Source: Vitrella brassicaformis CCMP3155
Lineage: Eukaryota; Protista; Chromerida
Reading direction: 5' to 3'
Length of the DNA stretch: 64,000 nucleotides
Assembly: GCA_001179505.1 (NCBI GenBank)
Contig: CDMY01000688.1
Location: forward strand, 124,001-188,000
The notes under the pieces are model-generated. The model worked only from the letters and a program-made list of their open reading frames with translations, was not told where the DNA came from and searched no databases. The translations under genes and the position numbers were made by a program. Shown piece by piece: positions 58,942 to 64,000 of the stretch. Numbering within the stretch: the first letter of the stretch is position 1; the number at the start of each line of letters is the position of its first letter.

Positions 58942-59586
58942 GATGAACCGCCAGCTGCAGTCAGCCGGGCGATGGGTGGGTGTAGAGCTCTAGGATGGAC
59001 ACACAACACGCATGGGCTGGCTGGGCGGACACAGAGGCATACATACACGCACACATACGTACGTATACCCTCCCTCCCCTCCCTCCACAGGCAGGCAGAC
59101 GGTCAATTCGCGCATCGCATAGATGGGTGTGAGGTGCGTCCCGTCCCCGTCCGTCCGTATGTGACTGACCAATTCGCCTGCCTGGCTGGCTGCCCTGGGC
59201 TGGCCTGGCTGTTTGTCTGCTGTGCCGTGTGCGTGGCGTGGCGTGGCATAGTTGGTGCTGTGTGCTGCCTATCAGTGTCCCTATCGCATCGTACTCATCC
59301 ATTCCTTCCTTGGTTGGTTGTATTGGTGAGTTTGTATCTAACGGCGGGCCTGGCCTGGCGTGATGTGGCACATTCTCGGCCAGCCAGCCAGACAGAAAGA
59401 CAGGTTGCGTGTCGGATGGCGAGACTTTAATGCTATGATAGGCTCAATCAAATAATCTGAATACAGTAGAGAATTCAACGACTTCAGTGGACCGCAGTCG
59501 GTCTGTCAGTCCGTCCGTCCGGATGAGAGACAGGTCCCAACGAATTCGGAGTCCGTTCGTGTGCTGCTACAACGCTGCTATATCAC

Positions 59587-60743
59587 TCACTGGTCGCTCT
59601 GCATGTCTGGCGTGCCCTGGTTGTTGTCTCCCTCCTTGTCCTTCTCCACAATCATGTTGTCAGAGTCGTCGTTCTCTTCGCTGAGCGCCTTGCTGACCTT
59701 CTTCTTGGTCGGGTCGTCGCCCTCGCGGCACTGGGGGCAGAAGAACGCTCGAGCGCGAGGCCAGCGACGGATCTCTGCACCACAATTAATTAATTAAAAG
59801 AGGCAGGCACTCCACCACAAACTCGTCCGTCGTGTCTCTCTCTGCTATCATCCATCGTTCTTATGTGTGTACCGACCGTACCCTTGGGAGCCACTTCTGC
59901 ACAGGCCGGGTGGTGCCACACGCGGCACTCATCGCAGCGAATCGACAAGGACTGCACACGCCGCCCACACACGCAGATGCTCCGCCTCTGGCCGCCGCCG
60001 CCGCCCCCGAGCTGCTGCGGCTGCGGCTGATGGACGGCGCCTGAATTCCCCCGATTGCCCCGGTTCTCCCCCTCCCTCCTATGTCTCTTGTTCCCTCCGC
60101 CCCCTCTCCTATCCCGCCTGACAGCTCCGGCCCCTCCCCCTCCCCCTTCAACCCCGCCGCCGTTGTTGCCATTGCCACCATCCATGGGGATGTAGCGGCC
60201 GTCGCGTGCGCGTGCCCTGGTGTGGTTGTTGGGCGGCGGAGGGTTCTCGTCTTTGGTGACGGGCACGATCTGCCGCCTGAGTGTGCCCTTGTGCAGAAAG
60301 GGGGTGGGGAACGGCGGCAGGCGGGCCAGCAGGGTGGGGGAGGGGTGCTTCAGGTGACGTATGAAGTGCGAGTGGTCAACCATCTCGGATGTCCTGCAAG
60401 CCATTGAGAAGGAAAGGACACAGACGAAAGACGGTGGATCTTCCCTCCCTTCTGTGGGTGTGCCCATCGCGTGGCTTGTGTTGTCAGTGTGTGACCATCG
60501 GAACAGCTTCTTCGGGTGCGGCGGCTCCGAGGGCACTAGCTCATCGCTCAAACAAGCTTCAAATTGAATCAGCGAGTCAGACTCCGACACCTCCTGGAAG
60601 AGATCATCCTTCACGGACGGCTGCAGCTCGTCGGAACCCCTGGGTGCGATGGCAAGGGGCAGCCGGGCGCCGCCTGATGCCTCCTGCCGGCTCGACGAAC
60701 TGCCCGTGGCCTCCATCCTCGAGTGAGAGCGCTTGGACGCCAT
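59587..60743 (-). CDS. PHD-finger (C4HC3) protein
   Basis: ICVCGRRVQSLSIRCDECRVWHHPACAEVAPK|EIRRWPRARAFFCPQCRE; stop TGA at 59587-59589. Confidence 0.75.
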
Positions 60744-60810
60744 CTCAGGGTGAGTCTCGGTGAGAGAGTGGGAGGCGTGGGCAAGATTCGGGCGATGCGG
60801 CAGGCAGGAG

Positions 60811-63200
60811 ATGACGATGGCCTTGCTCAAAAGAATGCAGGCAAGGCGCGGATCAGCTCACACCGCCTACGTCCATCCCATCCGTCCACAACACAAGATG
60901 GCATCACTCAGAGCGTCCTTCTCAGTGCAGACAGCGTGCTACCGGGGGATGGCCGGCACGGTGGTGGTCAGATTGATGGCATTCCGCTCGCCGCTCGCCA
61001 TCAGCGGGGCCCCAGGCGTCCAGGATCTTCCTCGCCATCGATTTGGACAAGATCGATGGCTGCAAGCTAAGCCAGCAAAGATGGACCAGATGCGGAGTTT
61101 CTTCACTATTGCGCCCAAGAGTCCCCCCAGCAGAGAGCGAAGGAGCAAAGCGCCGCCCAAGGGCGGGCTCCAAGGGGCTGAGAGGAGAAAGAGGGACGAG
61201 AGAAGGGCAGATGGAGAGGACAAGAAGCAGGCTCCACCAGTGGCACGAGCAGAGGAACCGGGAGAAGGATCCAGCTCATGCCCGTCAGAAGAGCTGGAGA
61301 AGCTCTGTCGCACATACGCGGTGAGAACAGGCACTTCTCCCTCTCTCACACACACTTCTGGCCCTCCCATATATAAATGCCTTCGCGTCTCCTCTCTCAG
61401 GGTGCGTTGAAGCACCTCGAGTCGTGCCGCGTGAATGTGGAGCGTCTCCGGTCGCAGCACCACTACAGGCTGCGGCAGCTGGAGGGACAGATGAGAGGGC
61501 CTCTGCTGGAGTTCGCCACATACCGCACGCTCAACGCCAACAGAGACGACGCGGGGGGCGGCAGGCAGAGGCAGCCGTCCATTCCGGAGCTGCTCCAGAG
61601 GATCGACCTCGTCCGCGCTGAGAACGCCGCTGTCCGGTGAGTGAGGAAAGGACAAGCAGGAGACACAACACAGCCGGCCATGGATTGGATGGATGACAGC
61701 TATCGGAGTCGAGTCGCTTTTTTTTCTTTTGGCTGTTTGTGTTCAGAGGTCAGGTGGTAACTCTCACAGAGAGGATTGCCTCGATCATGGAGAATGAGCA
61801 GGTGTGACAAGGGGCACCTGGGAGGACGGCACCACGACCTGGCCGTAGCTTCTTGTGTGTCGGTGTGGTGCGTCCACCAGGCCCGGTTTGGCAGCAACAA
61901 GAACTCAGCGGGCCGCAGCATCAACGTCGATATCGCACCGCTCAAAGAGCTGGTGGACGGCATCTTCGCCATACCCACTCCCACACCCACCAACGCCCCC
62001 ACCGGCAAAATGTGTGTGCCAGCCAATCCACCAGCATAGCACCGACCCACAGACGATGCGTTCTTTTACCCCTTTCTGTGTCAGGGAGACATTGAGAAGT
62101 TTGGTTGACCATCTGGTGCAGCTGGTGGAGGAGGGCCAAAGGAAGAGCCAGGTGTCGCAGGAGTGGTTTCCGCAGACCACACAGGAGATCCGGCAGCTCT
62201 TCGCAGAACACCACGAGATGCAACACGCCGTAACCACTGACTGCACCAATCCAATGGCAGGAACACTCCTGTCGCCATCACCCCAGCCTCTCGCCTTTGC
62301 TGTCCTGTCAGATCCATGGCCTGACGCGCAATCATGTCGAGACGGTGTTGGAGTACCTTGAGCTTCGACGAGAGACGGCGCCGACAGAGATTGGCTCCCC
62401 TGTGGCGGGATTCTTCGACTTGAGGACAGACAAGGTGAGATAGATTGGCTGTAAGGCTTTCACGCAGTTAGTTCTGTATGGACACATGTCATGTGTGTGT
62501 CACACGTGTGTGTGGTGGCGGTGCGGTCGGCAGTATGAGGACACCAAGTCTGTGGTCGCTGAGTTGGAGGCGCAGAACGCCGACATGAAGCGGATGATCA
62601 ACGAGATACACGACAGGACACAACGAAACGAACGGATACAGCAGATCAAAATATGTATGGGCCTACGGGAGGGGGGAGGGGAGTGGGGGATCCACACACA
62701 CACACACACACACAGACAGACAGACGTGTTGTTTTTCAGCATCTCTGCAAGACGCCCTGAGCCGCATGGATTGGGACGACCTGAGAGGCCTTGCAGACGA
62801 CCGATCGCCCATTGACCTCATCGCCAACCCATTCTACCACAGCGACCCCTTGCTGACTCCTCCCCCTCCCCCTCCCCCTCCCCGACCACAACCCCCTTCC
62901 ACCACTGCAGCCGCAGCAGCCGCAGCCTCCGCATCACAGTCCTACTGCCGCACCACACACACAGGGGACGACACCAGATATGCCAACACCAGAGACACTA
63001 GGTATGCGCCGGAGCGACCTGGGCGTCCGGTGGGTTACTACTACCAGAGAGACGACAGAGGGGATAATGACCCGACGCGGCAGTGTCCGAAGACTGGTCT
63101 CGAGCGGTGTCCGGTGCTGAGTTCGCTGCCTCCCTCTCTGGTGCGGGTGGACGAGAGGAGAGCAGAGGCGCAGAGGGAGAGGAGTAGGTGGATGCTCTAG
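60811..63200 (+). CDS. Hypothetical coiled-coil protein, multi-exon; 5' and 3' ends uncertain
   Basis: Spliceable exons such as LESCRVNVERLRSQHHYRLRQLEGQ, YEDTKSVVAELEAQNADMKRMINEIHDR and SLQDALSRMDWDDL; flanked by typical introns. Confidence 0.55.
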
Positions 63201-63593
63201 GTAGGTAGGGGCCAGCTGGGCCCAGCTGGTGTGCAGTGTATCTGTCTGTCGGGTTTGTGTTGACGACCGAGGGAGGGAGGACATGCAATTGATTGATCGG
63301 ACATGACATGGATGTGACGTGTGCATTGCAATGTCATGTCGGCAAGTGTGTCAGTCATGGATATTTGCTGTCTGTCTAAGGCTACCCTACCTGGTGCAAC
63401 GCAATGCAACGTCACAAGCTCTTGTACCGCGCACACGCACACAAAGACGCTCTCTCTTCTCTTCTCTGTCTGTCTCTTCTCGTCTCCTACGAACACCGCA
63501 CGTAAGACACACACCAACGCACCGCAGCTTCACGGCCATGGCACGCATAAATGTGTAAAGAATAAGGTAATTCGACCCGCCCACCACCCCCCC

Positions 63594-63893
63594 NNNNNNN
63601 NNNNNNNNNNNNNNNNNNNNNNNNNNNNNNNNNNNNNNNNNNNNNNNNNNNNNNNNNNNNNNNNNNNNNNNNNNNNNNNNNNNNNNNNNNNNNNNNNNNN
63701 NNNNNNNNNNNNNNNNNNNNNNNNNNNNNNNNNNNNNNNNNNNNNNNNNNNNNNNNNNNNNNNNNNNNNNNNNNNNNNNNNNNNNNNNNNNNNNNNNNNN
63801 NNNNNNNNNNNNNNNNNNNNNNNNNNNNNNNNNNNNNNNNNNNNNNNNNNNNNNNNNNNNNNNNNNNNNNNNNNNNNNNNNNNNNNNNNNNNN
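63594..63893. other. Assembly gap (300 N)
   Basis: Run of N. Confidence 0.98.
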
Positions 63894-64000
63894 CCCTCTG
63901 TCTGTACAAATGACACACTCAGTCACTCACTCAGTCATCCACCCTATCGCACGGCTGCGGCAGCCCCAGCTCGAGGTCGATCGACACCACTCGCTCAGCA

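Overview
Eukaryotic, GC-rich, intron-dense nuclear DNA. The introns and UTRs are full of (CA)n, (GACA)n, (CCAT)n and (GGCA)n microsatellites. This style, together with alveolate-type genes (plasmepsin V/ASP5-like protease, ApiAP2-like domain, inner-arm dynein), suggests a chromerid, most likely Vitrella brassicaformis (inference, not verified). I reconstructed exon structures by hand from GT/GC-AG sites and reading phase; protein family calls come from motif recognition, not database searches. Apparently intact genes: a TMX3-like PDI, an aspartic protease, a Def1/UBAP2L-like UBA/CUE protein, an Mpv17/PMP22 protein, SEC63 and a PHD-finger protein. Accessory or rearranged content includes: (1) a Crinkler/RHS-type P-loop NTPase plus restriction-endonuclease-fold gene with a signal-peptide and transit-peptide-like leader and one frameshift; (2) a chimeric locus of HU-CCDC81 domains, a dynein heavy chain cut off in AAA3, eIF4G exons, and exons plus 3' region copied from the Def1-like gene; (3) a ~9 kb mosaic of intron-containing gene fragments (C5 DNA methyltransferase-like, kinase, eIF4G, Def1-like) joined by two local repeat families; (4) an inverted gene pair flanking the protease that shares a UUC-UGA stop followed by a +1 ORF; (5) an AP2-like/KH-like/SAM-like gene. 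There are two 300-N assembly gaps. No rRNA, tRNA or CRISPR array was found.
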